From Gammaproteobacteria bacterium (GTDB taxonomy: Bacteria > Pseudomonadota > Gammaproteobacteria > BTQY01), in assembly GCA_036986115.1 (NCBI GenBank), contig BTQY01000001.1, forward strand, positions 43,807 through 107,806: DNA of 64,000 bases. The letters run 5' to 3'. A program made the translations under genes and the position numbers. The notes beneath the pieces were generated by a model. It made no database searches and was not told the DNA's origin. It was given only the letters and a program-made list of their open reading frames with translations. Below, in pieces: positions 29,446-39,681 of the stretch. Within the stretch, counting starts at the first letter, position 1, and each line of letters opens with the position of its first letter.

Positions 29446-30432
29446 CTACCTGGACTTCTTTTTGAACGGCACCAGTGGTTTGATCTTGAGTTCGGCGGCG
29501 GTTGCCTTTATGAAACCGTACTCGGCATAGATGTCCTGTGCGTCACCGCTAGCAAGGTATGCAAGGTACTTATCGGCATTCGACTGATTACGGCCAGCCT
29601 TTAGCTTGCCGATAGCATAACCGACCTTGGCCTGCTTGTTATACGGGGCGGGAATCGCTACTCCCTCGACGCCACGGCCCGTCGCCTTGGCATATGACAC
29701 CTCGGTGGCCCAGACGATGCCCACGTCGGCCTGGCCGTTTTCCAGACGGTACGGGGTCTCGCGGTGATGACGGGAGGTAAACCAGGTCTTACCCGGGATC
29801 GCCCAGCAACTCTTGCATTTCTTGCCGGCCGTGACCTTGTTGTACAATCCAAGGTCCTTCAGCATCTCTGAGCCATAGAATTTGAAGATGCCCTCGGTCA
29901 GGGGGTTGGGGTGGGACTGCACGAGGTCATCCCGGGCAAGGTCCCTGACCCCTTTGATATTTTTCGGATTGCCTTTCGCCACCATCAGTTCAAGCTTATT
30001 GTGGGTATAGATCATATATTCATCCATGATGCCCTTGGACTTGAGTTTCTTCAGGTGATTGATGTTTACGCTGGCAAAGATGTCTGGATTCTGCGCGATC
30101 TTCTGTCCCTCAATCTCACCCTGTTTCAGAATCTGTTTCTTGAAGATCTGCCCGGGCGGAATGGTCTCAACGAATATCGTCTTGATCTTCGGGTTTTTCT
30201 TCTGAAAATCCTTAATCAGTTTCTCCATCACCATGAACTGGTTTCCGGCGAGGTACATCACCAGGTCGGCTTTATACGAATCACCGATTTTTCCGAATTC
30301 AATCTTGCCGCCTGTATGAAACGTCCGGTAATCGTGGCCGAGACCCGCATCCTTTTTGGCGGTTACGGGACCGGATACCAGAGCGAATAATATGGCGGCG
30401 CTCACTGCAGCCGTTGTAAGGGTCAGCCTCAT
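29446..30432 (-). CDS. Periplasmic solute-binding protein, ModA/Sbp/WtpA-like (oxyanion-binding type), with a CxxCW motif
   Basis: Signal peptide. LMVAKGNPKNIKGVRDL and ADVGIVWATEV resemble oxyanion-binding proteins. Contains CKSCW. Lys-rich, with lower GC than neighbouring genes. Confidence 0.55.
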   Translation of the reverse strand: MRLTLTTAAVSAAILFALVSGPVTAKKDAGLGHDYRTFHTGGKIEFGKIGDSYKADLVMYLAGNQFMVMEKLIKDFQKKNPKIKTIFVETIPPGQIFKKQILKQGEIEGQKIAQNPDIFASVNINHLKKLKSKGIMDEYMIYTHNKLELMVAKGNPKNIKGVRDLARDDLVQSHPNPLTEGIFKFYGSEMLKDLGLYNKVTAGKKCKSCWAIPGKTWFTSRHHRETPYRLENGQADVGIVWATEVSYAKATGRGVEGVAIPAPYNKQAKVGYAIGKLKAGRNQSNADKYLAYLASGDAQDIYAEYGFIKATAAELKIKPLVPFKKKSR

Positions 30433-30555
30433 CTTTACTTACCTCCAGGTTAGTATGCAGGGAAGATTCTAGGTTTATAGGCAACAATGGGGTATTGGGG
30501 ATTTCCCTACATACAAACTGTAATTATATCGGCCGATCCCAGTCCCTGGCGACAG

Positions 30556-31170
30556 TTATACCGGCTCAATCATCATCGCCATCCGCACAAGCGCCGATAA
30601 TGAGCGGGCCTTCATTTTTGACATAATTCTCGAGCGGTGTGCTTCGATAGTTTTGCTGCTCAGCTCCAGATCGGCAGCGATCACCTTGTTCGCCTTGCCC
30701 GCCACCACCATCTGCATCACCTGGCGCTCCCGCGGCGTAAGCGTGGCATAACGCTGTTCGATCTCGAGCCGCTGGTCTTGTTCGCGTCGGGCTCTGCCGC
30801 CGGCCTTAATAGCACGACGTAGACAGTTGAGTAACTGCTCATCGAGAAATGGTTTCTCAATAAAATCGAATGCCCCTGCCTTCATGGCGCGAATTGCCAT
30901 GGGCACATCGGCATGGGCGGTAATGATGATTATGGGTAACGAGTTCCCTCGCTGATCAAGTTGCTCCTGTAGTTCGAGTCCATTCATACCGGGCATTCGT
31001 ACGTCCAGGGTTATGCAACCGTTCCATTCGTGATGATAGGCATCGAGAAATTCTTCTGCCGAGGCAAATATGCTGGTCGCGAGATTTTCGGATTCGAGCA
31101 GCCACGACAGCGAATCGCGGACGGAAGGGTCATCATCCACAATGTATACGGTTGGCCCGTTGTTCATCAC
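30556..31170 (-). CDS. NarL/FixJ-family response regulator (TtrR-like)
   Basis: Receiver domain plus LuxR-type helix-turn-helix (LTPRERQVMQMVVAGKANKVIAADLELSSKTIEAHRSRIMSKM). 4-bp overlap with the kinase gene. Confidence 0.8.
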   Translation of the reverse strand: MMNNGPTVYIVDDDPSVRDSLSWLLESENLATSIFASAEEFLDAYHHEWNGCITLDVRMPGMNGLELQEQLDQRGNSLPIIIITAHADVPMAIRAMKAGAFDFIEKPFLDEQLLNCLRRAIKAGGRARREQDQRLEIEQRYATLTPRERQVMQMVVAGKANKVIAADLELSSKTIEAHRSRIMSKMKARSLSALVRMAMMIEPV

Positions 31171-33686
31171 AGCCTCGTCCGCAATGGCTTCAATCGGGCC
31201 ACCGACTTCTTGTCATGCAGCGCGGGATCATGTGCCGGCAGTACAAACTCGACCGTCGTTCCCTGTTCCGAGATGGACTTAACGAATATCCGGCCATTGT
31301 GCGCCTCGATAATAGAGCGGCTGATGGATAGCCCCATGCCCATCCCGTCTTCCTTGGTTGTAAAAAAAGGATCGAAGATTTCCATCCGCTTGTCCGACGG
31401 TATGCCTTGACCGGTGTCGGTGACCCGCACGCTGACATCGTCATCGCCTGTCCTGCCGATATGGATGGATAGTTTCCTGTTCGTGTCTGCACGTTCCCGT
31501 ATTGCATCGATCGCATTCCTGACAAGATTCAGCACTACCTGTTCCAATTGAATCTTGTCGGCAAATACAAGCGGAAGATCTGTGTCCGTTATAACCTGGA
31601 TATTAATATCTTCATAACGGATCTGCGATTTTGCCATTTCCGTGACTGTCTTAACCACGTCTCTCAAGTCGACAATATCGTGTCGCAGTTCGCCTTTACG
31701 GACAAACTCGCGTACACGCAGGATGATCTGTCCCGCCCGCTCCGCCTCGGTGGTGACTTTCTTCATAATGTCCTGAACTTTCGCGTCACCGTGGTTTTGC
31801 CGCATGCGCTTGACGCAGCCTCGGGTGTAATTGACAATCGCGGTAAGGGGCTGGTTCAATTCGTGAGCAATACCCGATGCCATTTCACCCATTGTACTGA
31901 GGCGCGCTACATGGGCCAGCTCGGCCTGATGCTGCCTCGCCCTGGCCTCTGCAGTGGTGCGTTCCAACTCGCCGCCGATCCATTGGGCCATAAGCAACAG
32001 CACGTCGGTATCCACCTTGGTAAATGACTCATTCCGCGGTTTCGTGTCGGAAAAACTTAGCGTACCAAAAACAAGACCGCTCACCAGCACCGGCGCACCG
32101 AAATAGGCCTGTCTTCGGTGTTCGCTGAAGCAGGGGTGAGTGCTGAATTCCGAACCGTTGACATCCGGGATACCCAGGGAATCCTGGCTCTGTGATACGA
32201 CGGCGCAGAATGTGTCACTCAATGGCAGTTGATCGCCGCTGGCGATCTCACCCCCGGGTGCGTATGCCTGCTGGATATGACAAATATCGCCTTCGATCCG
32301 GGTCAGTGCGCCGACGGACAGGGCGAAGTGCTCGCAACCGGTCCGCAGCAGCGCCTCAACTTTTTTGGTGAAACTCAATGACCTGGATGAGGTGATGTCA
32401 TGCAGAGTCCGCAGCGCCGATTCGCTCTTACGCAAGGTTTCTTCTGCCAGCGTCCGGGCGACAATGTCCTCCTGCAACGTCCGGTTCAGCAAATTCAACT
32501 CCTGGGTACGCTCTGCCACCCGTTGCTCCAGCGTGTCGCGGTGTGCGGCCAGCTTTTTTTCAGCGAGTTTGCGTTCCTGCACTTCCTTGCGCAGCGCCTG
32601 TTCGGATACTGCGATGCGGTGGCTGGCACGTAGTACATAGGCAGTGATGCCTATCATCAGCAGCAGGGCCACGATGGCGATCACAAACCAGTGACCATAT
32701 TCATCCCAGATTTGGCCTGGCGAGAGTCTCCCCAGATTATCGTGGGGGCGCACCTTTAACTGACGGAACAGCTCATGTACCGGGGCGTAATCCAGTGGGA
32801 TGGTCCACCCCGCAGATTGTGCCGCGAGCGCCGCCTCACTGTCCGCCGGCAAGGTGAGTAACGCCACCGCCACCCGCTGAGCCAGTTTATCCGACGTATG
32901 TTTGAGTTTGGCAAACGGCCACTCCGGGTACAGACGCGTACTGTGCCAAAACGGGAATCCAGCTGTTTCTCGTGGATTCAGTATGCGGAAGTCCTTGAGT
33001 TCGATCTTGCCCTCGAACGCCATCCGTTCCAGGGTGTCCGTGCGGACGGTACCGGCATCGACCTCGCCTTTGTGTACCGCATGGACGATTTTGTCCTGGG
33101 GGAAGCCGGCAAACCGAAGTTTCCTGAAATCACGAAAAGGATCGATGTCATGGTCGGCCAACTCGCGCCAGGCCATCTGGAAACCGCCGAACGCGTCACG
33201 GCTGACTGCCATAAACGACCGTCCTTTCAGATCGCGCAGGTTTTGTATATTTTCCTGATCCGCCCGGGTAAAGATCACCGCCCCGAATTCCGTATATGGT
33301 TTGCCCTGGCGCCGGTTTTTCAGGGTCAGGATCCGCGATATGCCATACTGCGACTCGAGATCAACGTAGTTACCCGTATTGGTAATGACAAAATCCACAC
33401 GGGCCAGGTCCACTGCGCGCTGCATTTCTGCCAGATTCAATGGTAGTATTGAAATACGATAACCGGGCACGGCCTTAGACAGATATCTCGCCGTGGGTGA
33501 CCACATCGACCGGGCCGTTTCCACACCACGAAAGGCCAGCACACCAATCCGGATCTCGGTGTCTTTGGCAACCACCTGCGCCGCCACCAGCAAGGCACAA
33601 CATAAAAACAGGGACTTTGCGTACCTCATCGGATATTCCCTGATCAGGACAGCCTGCCTCCACGCGTGTCCCGATCCCAAGTTCAC
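31167..33686 (-). CDS. TtrS-like sensor histidine kinase: periplasmic PhnD/SsuA-like domain, coiled coil, GAF, HisKA, HATPase
   Basis: N-terminal periplasmic domain (IRIGVLAFRGVETARSMW...FVITNTGNYV...AFGGFQMAWREL...) resembles the TtrS binding domain. H-box AHELNQPLTAI. Extra GAF domain. 839 aa. Confidence 0.75.
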   Translation of the reverse strand: MNLGSGHAWRQAVLIREYPMRYAKSLFLCCALLVAAQVVAKDTEIRIGVLAFRGVETARSMWSPTARYLSKAVPGYRISILPLNLAEMQRAVDLARVDFVITNTGNYVDLESQYGISRILTLKNRRQGKPYTEFGAVIFTRADQENIQNLRDLKGRSFMAVSRDAFGGFQMAWRELADHDIDPFRDFRKLRFAGFPQDKIVHAVHKGEVDAGTVRTDTLERMAFEGKIELKDFRILNPRETAGFPFWHSTRLYPEWPFAKLKHTSDKLAQRVAVALLTLPADSEAALAAQSAGWTIPLDYAPVHELFRQLKVRPHDNLGRLSPGQIWDEYGHWFVIAIVALLLMIGITAYVLRASHRIAVSEQALRKEVQERKLAEKKLAAHRDTLEQRVAERTQELNLLNRTLQEDIVARTLAEETLRKSESALRTLHDITSSRSLSFTKKVEALLRTGCEHFALSVGALTRIEGDICHIQQAYAPGGEIASGDQLPLSDTFCAVVSQSQDSLGIPDVNGSEFSTHPCFSEHRRQAYFGAPVLVSGLVFGTLSFSDTKPRNESFTKVDTDVLLLMAQWIGGELERTTAEARARQHQAELAHVARLSTMGEMASGIAHELNQPLTAIVNYTRGCVKRMRQNHGDAKVQDIMKKVTTEAERAGQIILRVREFVRKGELRHDIVDLRDVVKTVTEMAKSQIRYEDINIQVITDTDLPLVFADKIQLEQVVLNLVRNAIDAIRERADTNRKLSIHIGRTGDDDVSVRVTDTGQGIPSDKRMEIFDPFFTTKEDGMGMGLSISRSIIEAHNGRIFVKSISEQGTTVEFVLPAHDPALHDKKSVARLKPLRTRL

Positions 33687-33848
33687 CGTTTGCTAAAGAG
33701 GCAGTAACTTACAAAAGGTAAGGTATTGTAGTTTTCATTATATTTAAAGGATACATCGTTTCGAGTACCGATGGATAGTCAGCCGAAGGGACAGACTGGC
33801 CTATAATCGAGCTTCGGGGCCGATACAGGAAACCCAATCTCCTCGAGC

Positions 33849-33880
33849 TTGACCTGTGTCTTACACACATCTTTTATTTT
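33849..33880 (+). promoter_or_regulatory. MerR-family-type promoter (element A): TTGACC-N20-TATTTT with a partial dyad ACCTGTG...ACACA
   Basis: -35 TTGACC at 33849-33854. 20-bp spacer. -10 TATTTT at 33875-33880. It is the weakest member of the five-element family. Sits upstream of YVTN propeller gene 1. Confidence 0.4.
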
Positions 33881-34159
33881 AGCTAGCGCAGGAAGCCGGC
33901 GGAGACGGGTAATTCTATGGTCTGTTCGCGGTGATATGAGCACTTTGTAGGCACCAATGCGACGGGAATTTTTGGCGAATAAAAGAGCGCGATATGCCAG
34001 AAAGTCTCTGGAAAAGCTAATTGGATGTTGATTGAAATATAGTCAACTAATGCCCCCTGAGCAGAGTGGGCGGCAAAGGCATTATCTGTGGAAGCAAGCT
34101 CCTACCCGCAAATGGTTCGTTTGTTCGCTCATAGTTTCAATGACATAGGAGATGAAGTA

Positions 34160-35287
34160 ATGAACAGAAACCTGATTTTATCCTTCAGTATAATTATGGC
34201 GGGAACGTTTTTTGCCGGTTCCCTCCCTGCCGCAGCGGGGGAAAAGGCAAGTGAAGCAACGATTCTTTATATCACCAACGAGGGAAGCAATACGCTTGCC
34301 GTGATAGATGGAGAAAAACGCAAAGTTATCGCTTCCATCGCGGTAGGAGAAGTGCCCCATCACCCATGGCTTGTGCCGGGGGGTAAGTACGTGTTTACGG
34401 ATAACAGGGGTGAGGACACCCTGTCGGTGGTAGACGTCAATACCTACAAGCTGATAAAGACGATCACCGTAGGCAAAGTCCCCACTCACATGGTGTTTAC
34501 GCCCGACGGAAAATATGCCTATGTGGCCAATACCAAAGACAATTCTACATCAGTAATCGATCTCGCCAAGCTTGAGGTCGTCGCCACCATTAAAACTGGC
34601 GGAGGCTCCCATGATCCCGCCATTACCCCGGACGGCAAGTATGTCTACGTCACCGCCCGAAAGCCTGGTCATGTTGCTGTAATTGATACGGCCACTAACA
34701 AGGTCATTAAGACCATACCCACGGGCGCCAAAGCGAACGGCGTGCGTATGACCAGGGATGGCAAGTTTGTCTGGGTAGGTAACACCAAGGCCGGAACGGT
34801 GTCTGTCATTGATACCGCTCTAAATAAAGTAGTCGCCACAATTAAGTCCGGTGCCGGGACGCATAACATCCGTTTTTCCCCGGACGGCAAATATGCCTAC
34901 GTTGGTAATATGAAAGATGGCACCCACGCAGTAATCAACACGGCCACATACAAGGTCGTCGCGCGGATACCGACCGGCAAAGGCGCAAACATCGCCTACT
35001 TCCATCCAAACGGTAAGTACATCTACTTCTCCCTTAACAAAACCGATGAAATTCCGGTAGTGGATGCTACAACCAACAAGGTAATCAAGCGGATCCCAAT
35101 CGGTAAAGGCGGCACGCACAACCTGGCTTTTGTCGACGATGGCAAGTACCTCTACGCCACCAGCTGGTTCGGCGATTATATTCTTGTGATTGATACCAGG
35201 AAAAATGAGGTCATCAAAAAGATACCGGCGAAGTTCTCCAACGGCATAAAAATAAAAGGTGCACCACCCGCAACCGGTAGGGGGTGA
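34160..35287 (+). CDS. YVTN-family beta-propeller repeat protein, periplasmic
   Basis: ATG at 34160 starts a signal peptide (MNRNLILSFSIIMAGTFFAGSLPAAAG). About seven repeats of the ~40-aa YVTN unit (...GKYVYVxN...TVSVIDTATNKV...). Confidence 0.75.
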   Translation: MNRNLILSFSIIMAGTFFAGSLPAAAGEKASEATILYITNEGSNTLAVIDGEKRKVIASIAVGEVPHHPWLVPGGKYVFTDNRGEDTLSVVDVNTYKLIKTITVGKVPTHMVFTPDGKYAYVANTKDNSTSVIDLAKLEVVATIKTGGGSHDPAITPDGKYVYVTARKPGHVAVIDTATNKVIKTIPTGAKANGVRMTRDGKFVWVGNTKAGTVSVIDTALNKVVATIKSGAGTHNIRFSPDGKYAYVGNMKDGTHAVINTATYKVVARIPTGKGANIAYFHPNGKYIYFSLNKTDEIPVVDATTNKVIKRIPIGKGGTHNLAFVDDGKYLYATSWFGDYILVIDTRKNEVIKKIPAKFSNGIKIKGAPPATGRG

Positions 35288-35295
35288 GGAGCCTG

Positions 35296-35340
35296 GGAGC
35301 AGCCGTTCAACAGAGTGGCTGCTCCGTCCGGCTGGTTTTT
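35296..35340 (+). terminator. Rho-independent terminator candidate downstream of YVTN gene 1
   Basis: 9-bp stem GGAGCAGCC/GGCTGCTCC with a 12-nt loop, followed by GGTTTTT within about 10 nt. Confidence 0.45.
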
Positions 35341-35788
35341 CGGTAGCCACACCCCTTATTAGCCTGACGGACAAAGGGAACGTTCCATTTTTTCACGGTT
35401 TTGGTGAAACGGCTGATCCTTGTCCATCGTGTTTCTTTGGATGATTCCGCTGCCCGTGTTTGCGGTGTCGGTGCCACCGGTCGTTAGTCCACCGTGGCTG
35501 ATTGTAATCATGGACATCCATTACTGCCTCAAGATCCCCCTGAATAAAACGCGTGTAATCTTCAGTGCTGGCAATATGCGTGCGTGAATTGGGCCCAGAG
35601 AACAATTGTTGCTAATATAAGCTGGTACTAAACAATAATTGTGAACTAGTGGGGCCACACTATCGCCCATTTATTGCAGGATGCGATCATGCGGCAAATT
35701 GTTCCCTGGCATGGGGGCCATGCCCGGGCGGGCGCGGTTACCGTTACCAGCGCCATGACCAGCGCGACCGTTCCCAGAGACAAAGGAT

Positions 35789-38146
35789 ATTGTCATACAA
35801 CAGCTGACTAGACAATTTGTTCGTGCCTATGCCCACTGGCTGCTACGCTGGCGCTGGCCGGTACTGATAGCGTGCCTGCTTGCCGTCACGGCTGCCGGTT
35901 ACGGTTTGCGCAATTTCGCATTCACCGCCGATTACAAAGTCTATTTCGGTAAAGACAATGTCGAACTTATTGCCTTTGAAGAACTGGAAAACACCTATAC
36001 CAATACCGAGAATATTCTTTTCGTCCTGCAGCCGAAGGACAAAAACATTTTCACCCGTGAGACCCTGGAGATCGTCAGACAACTGACCCAAAAGGCCTGG
36101 CAGATCCCTTATTCCATTCGCGTGGACTCTGTCACCAATTACCAGCACACCGAGGCCAATGGTGACGACCTGACGGTGGCCAACCTGGTGGCCAGGCCGC
36201 TGGCGCTGGATGCCGCCGGCCTGGCACGGATCAGGGCCGTGGCGCTGCAGGAACCGGTGCTGGCAGGACGTTTGATCTCATACGATGGCGGTACCACTGG
36301 CGTCTCGGTGACCCTGCAGTTTCCCGGCACTGAGCATACCAGCCACCTGCCGGAATCCGTGGCCTATGCCGAAAAATTGACCGCGGAATTGCGCACCACC
36401 CATCCCGGCCTGACGGTGGCGCTTACCGGCATCTCCATTTTCAGTGCCGCGGAGATCCAGGTCAGTGAATCGGATTCCTATGTGCTGGTGCCGATAATGT
36501 ACGGCCTGATGATCACGCTGCTGCTGGTGCTGTTGCGCTCGGTTTCGGGTACCGTAGCGACGCTGCTGGTGGTCAGCCTGTCGGTCGTCACCGCCCTGGG
36601 CCTCATGTCCTGGCTCGGTATCAAGATGAACGCGTCGACCGCGTTGTCGCCGATCATCATTCTTACCCTTGCCATCGCCGATAGTGTGCATATCCTGTTG
36701 ACCAGCTTCCAGGAAATGCATGCCGGCCGCTCGAAACATGACGCCCTGGTGGAAAGCCTGAACATCAATGCCGAGCCGGTGTTTCTGACCACATTGACGA
36801 CGGGTATTGGTTTCCTCAGTCTCAATTTTTCTGATTCACCACCATTTAACGACCTCGGCAATATCACTGCCATCGGTGTGGCCGCGGCGTGGCTATTCTC
36901 CATGACCTTCCTGCCGGCACTGGTGTCAATCCTGCCGCTGCGAATTCGAGCGCAAACCAGTGACCGGCGCCTGGCCATGGAACGCTTCGGCGACTTCGTG
37001 GTTGGGCGGCGCGTGCCGATGTTCTGGGGCATGATGACCCTGAGCCTTATCATCATATCGTTCATCCCCCGTCTCGAGCTGGATGACCGCTTTATCCAGT
37101 GGTTTGACGAAAGTATTCCGTTTCGTGTCGATACGGATTTCGCCACCGCCAACCTGACGGGCCCTTATGTGCTGGAATATTCCGTCGATTCCGGCGAGTC
37201 TGGTGGCATCTCGGACCCCAAATATCTGCAACGACTGGAGGCCTTTGCGGCCTGGCTGCGGGCACAGCCGGAGATTACCCATGTCAGCAGCTTTACTGAT
37301 GTGATGAAACGCCTGAACAAATCCATGCATGCCGACGACCCCGACTGGTACCGATTGCCAGACAAGCGCGAGCTGGCGGCCCAATATTTGTTGTTATACG
37401 AAATGTCCCTGCCCTACGGTCTGGATCTCAACAGCCAGATTGATCTGGACAAATCCGCGACCCGCCTGACGGCAACCCTGGATACCATTCCGCAGAAAAA
37501 GATCATCGCGCTGATTGAGCGTGGCGAGATCTGGCTTTCGGAAAACATGCCACCAGCCATGCAGGCCAGGGCAACAGGTACGATTGTTATGTTCGTGAAT
37601 CTTGCGATGCGGAATATTATCGGCATGTTGGGTGGCACCGCCCTGGCCTTCGTGCTGATTTCCATCACACTTGTCTTCGCCCTGCGCAGCATCCGCCTGG
37701 GCCTGATCAGTCTGATCCCCAACTTCCTGCCGGTACTGATCACCTTTGGATTATGGGCGATTTTTGTTGGTGAGATCGGCATCATCGCTTCCATGATCAC
37801 GGCCACCAGTATGGGGCTCATCGTCGACGACACGGTGCATATACTCAGCAAGTATCGCCGCGCCAAACGCGAACACAATCTGGGCACCCACGACGCCATT
37901 CGCTACAGCTTTTCCCGTGTCGGCCAGGCGCTGTGGGTGACCACCTTGATCATGATCGCCGGCTTTTCTGTGCTGGCCTTTTCCAGTTACAAACTAAATG
38001 TGGACATGGGCATACTCACTATCATGGCCGTTGGCGTGGCCCTGACGATGGATTTCCTGCTGCTGCCAGCGTTATTAATGTTTATGGACAAAGACAAACA
38101 ATGCAGCTGCGCTACCTGCCGGGAGAAGGGCCTCGCCACCACATGA
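35789..38146 (+). CDS. RND-superfamily exporter (MMPL/HpnN-like, two SSD-type 6-TM bundles). 5' end is anomalous.
   Basis: TM1 (RQFVRAYAHWLLRWRWPVLIACLLAVTAAGYGL) is encoded in-frame upstream of the first canonical start (TTG at 35906). In-frame stop at 35756-35758. Only ATT (35789), ATA and CTG codons are available as upstream starts. Alternatively there is a frameshift from the SD-preceded ATG at 35686. Confidence 0.7.
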   Translation: MVIQQLTRQFVRAYAHWLLRWRWPVLIACLLAVTAAGYGLRNFAFTADYKVYFGKDNVELIAFEELENTYTNTENILFVLQPKDKNIFTRETLEIVRQLTQKAWQIPYSIRVDSVTNYQHTEANGDDLTVANLVARPLALDAAGLARIRAVALQEPVLAGRLISYDGGTTGVSVTLQFPGTEHTSHLPESVAYAEKLTAELRTTHPGLTVALTGISIFSAAEIQVSESDSYVLVPIMYGLMITLLLVLLRSVSGTVATLLVVSLSVVTALGLMSWLGIKMNASTALSPIIILTLAIADSVHILLTSFQEMHAGRSKHDALVESLNINAEPVFLTTLTTGIGFLSLNFSDSPPFNDLGNITAIGVAAAWLFSMTFLPALVSILPLRIRAQTSDRRLAMERFGDFVVGRRVPMFWGMMTLSLIIISFIPRLELDDRFIQWFDESIPFRVDTDFATANLTGPYVLEYSVDSGESGGISDPKYLQRLEAFAAWLRAQPEITHVSSFTDVMKRLNKSMHADDPDWYRLPDKRELAAQYLLLYEMSLPYGLDLNSQIDLDKSATRLTATLDTIPQKKIIALIERGEIWLSENMPPAMQARATGTIVMFVNLAMRNIIGMLGGTALAFVLISITLVFALRSIRLGLISLIPNFLPVLITFGLWAIFVGEIGIIASMITATSMGLIVDDTVHILSKYRRAKREHNLGTHDAIRYSFSRVGQALWVTTLIMIAGFSVLAFSSYKLNVDMGILTIMAVGVALTMDFLLLPALLMFMDKDKQCSCATCREKGLATT

Positions 38147-38287
38147 TCACGCCATAAGGAGGAGCATCAGGACGCTATGTCTGATGGGTTATTGACCTGT
38201 ATGTTACACATAGGTGCTATATATAAGATATGTTCTAGAGAGCTACCCATCGTGGATAGCTCTGTGGAGGAACAAAGGAGGTGTGTG

Positions 38288-38647
38288 ATGAAAGAGCTAC
38301 GATGGCAAGACTGGGCAATTGTCCTGCTGGGTGTGTGGCTTGTGCTCTCGCCGGTGTTTGGCATCGGCGTCGTTAATGATGTGGCCGCATTCAACTCCTA
38401 TCTGACCGGCACGGCGGTGGCGATATTTGCAAGCGTGGCACTCGCCCGCCCGCAGTTGTGGGAGGAATATACTAACCTGTTCCTGGGACTCTGGTTGATC
38501 ATCGCGCCGTTTTTCCTGGGCTTTTCGAATCAGACAGGCCCGATGTGGAACCAGATCATTGTGGGCCTTCTGATCGGTGGTACCGCCCTGGCGGTTACCT
38601 TGCAGAAGACGACGCCAACGGCGGGGCACGGTCACGGGCACGCATAA
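38288..38647 (+). CDS. SPW-repeat small membrane protein
   Basis: AAGGAGG ribosome-binding site. Four predicted transmembrane segments with SPV/APF motifs (VLSPVFGIG, IIAPFFLGF) typical of the SPW-repeat family. Confidence 0.55.
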   Translation: MKELRWQDWAIVLLGVWLVLSPVFGIGVVNDVAAFNSYLTGTAVAIFASVALARPQLWEEYTNLFLGLWLIIAPFFLGFSNQTGPMWNQIIVGLLIGGTALAVTLQKTTPTAGHGHGHA

Positions 38648-38861
38648 CGGCTTTTTGCTGACTGACAGGAGGCAGTGAACGTCCCGGATCCGAAAGGTGC
38701 GAGCGGGCAGAGGGTCTGGTAACAGATCCGTGTCCGCGCTGTCACCGGGCAGGGTCCGGGCCGCTTTTGTGTGCACGTAAAAGGACCGGCACCGCCGTGG
38801 ATTGACGGACCCTGGTCCTGGTGATGGTCATCAGGGTAACGACTATGAGTAGGGAGAAATC

Positions 38862-39659
38862 ATGAGAGCCATTATGTTGAGTATTGCTGCCGTAATGACG
38901 TTCGCAGTACCTGTGCTGAGCATTGCCGTCGAGGATCCGCTGGCCAGGGGTGAAGCCGTCGCCCGCGAGTGGGATCGCCGTGACCGCGGCTTCGGTGACA
39001 GCAAGACGACCTTAAGGATGATCCTGGAGAACCGTCAGGGGAAACAAAGCGAACGCCGGCTGCGTATGGAGATACTTGAAGCGGCGGACGAAAATGACGG
39101 TGACAAGTCACTGGTGGTTTTCGAGGTTCCGCGTGACGTCAAGGGCACGGCACTGCTGAGCTACGCGCATATCCTGGAAGCGGATGACCAGTGGCTTTAC
39201 CTGCCGGCGTTGAAACGCGTCAAACGTATCTCATCGAGCAACAAATCCGGCCCCTTCATGGGCAGCGAGTTTGCCTATGAGGACATCAGTTCCCAGGAGC
39301 TGAAGAAATATGATTATAAATGGCTGCGCGACGAGCCCTGTGGCAAGTCTGAATGCTTTGTGCTGGAACAGCGGCCGCTGTACAAGAACTCGGGCTACAC
39401 TCGTCAGGTCGCCTGGTACGACAAGGATGAGTACCGCCTGCAACGTATCGACTATTACGACCGCAAGGACGATCTACTGAAGACGCTCACCTTCGGTGAG
39501 TACAAGCAACATCTTGGTAAATACTGGCGCTCCCACAACATGTACATGGTCAATCAACAGACGGGCAAGAAAACCAGACTGGTGTATGAAGAATTCAAGT
39601 TCAGGAACGGGCTGAAGGACAAAGATTTTACACAAAACCGTCTGAAACGCATGCGTTGA
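38862..39659 (+). CDS. LolA-like outer-membrane lipoprotein-sorting family protein
   Basis: Signal peptide. About 265 aa. The LolA-like fold family is commonly encoded next to MMPL-type RND exporters. The call rests on pattern and context. Confidence 0.6.
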   Translation: MRAIMLSIAAVMTFAVPVLSIAVEDPLARGEAVAREWDRRDRGFGDSKTTLRMILENRQGKQSERRLRMEILEAADENDGDKSLVVFEVPRDVKGTALLSYAHILEADDQWLYLPALKRVKRISSSNKSGPFMGSEFAYEDISSQELKKYDYKWLRDEPCGKSECFVLEQRPLYKNSGYTRQVAWYDKDEYRLQRIDYYDRKDDLLKTLTFGEYKQHLGKYWRSHNMYMVNQQTGKKTRLVYEEFKFRNGLKDKDFTQNRLKRMR

Positions 39660-39681
39660 TGCTTTAGCTATAATCCCGCTT

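Noticed and set aside
32898-33446. 182-aa and 118-aa plus-strand ORFs inside the TtrS-like kinase gene
   Set aside because: They are antisense to the periplasmic sensor domain coding region and show no motifs.
36478-37152. 224-aa minus-strand ORF inside the RND exporter gene
   Set aside because: Shadow ORF opposite a 12-TM transporter frame.
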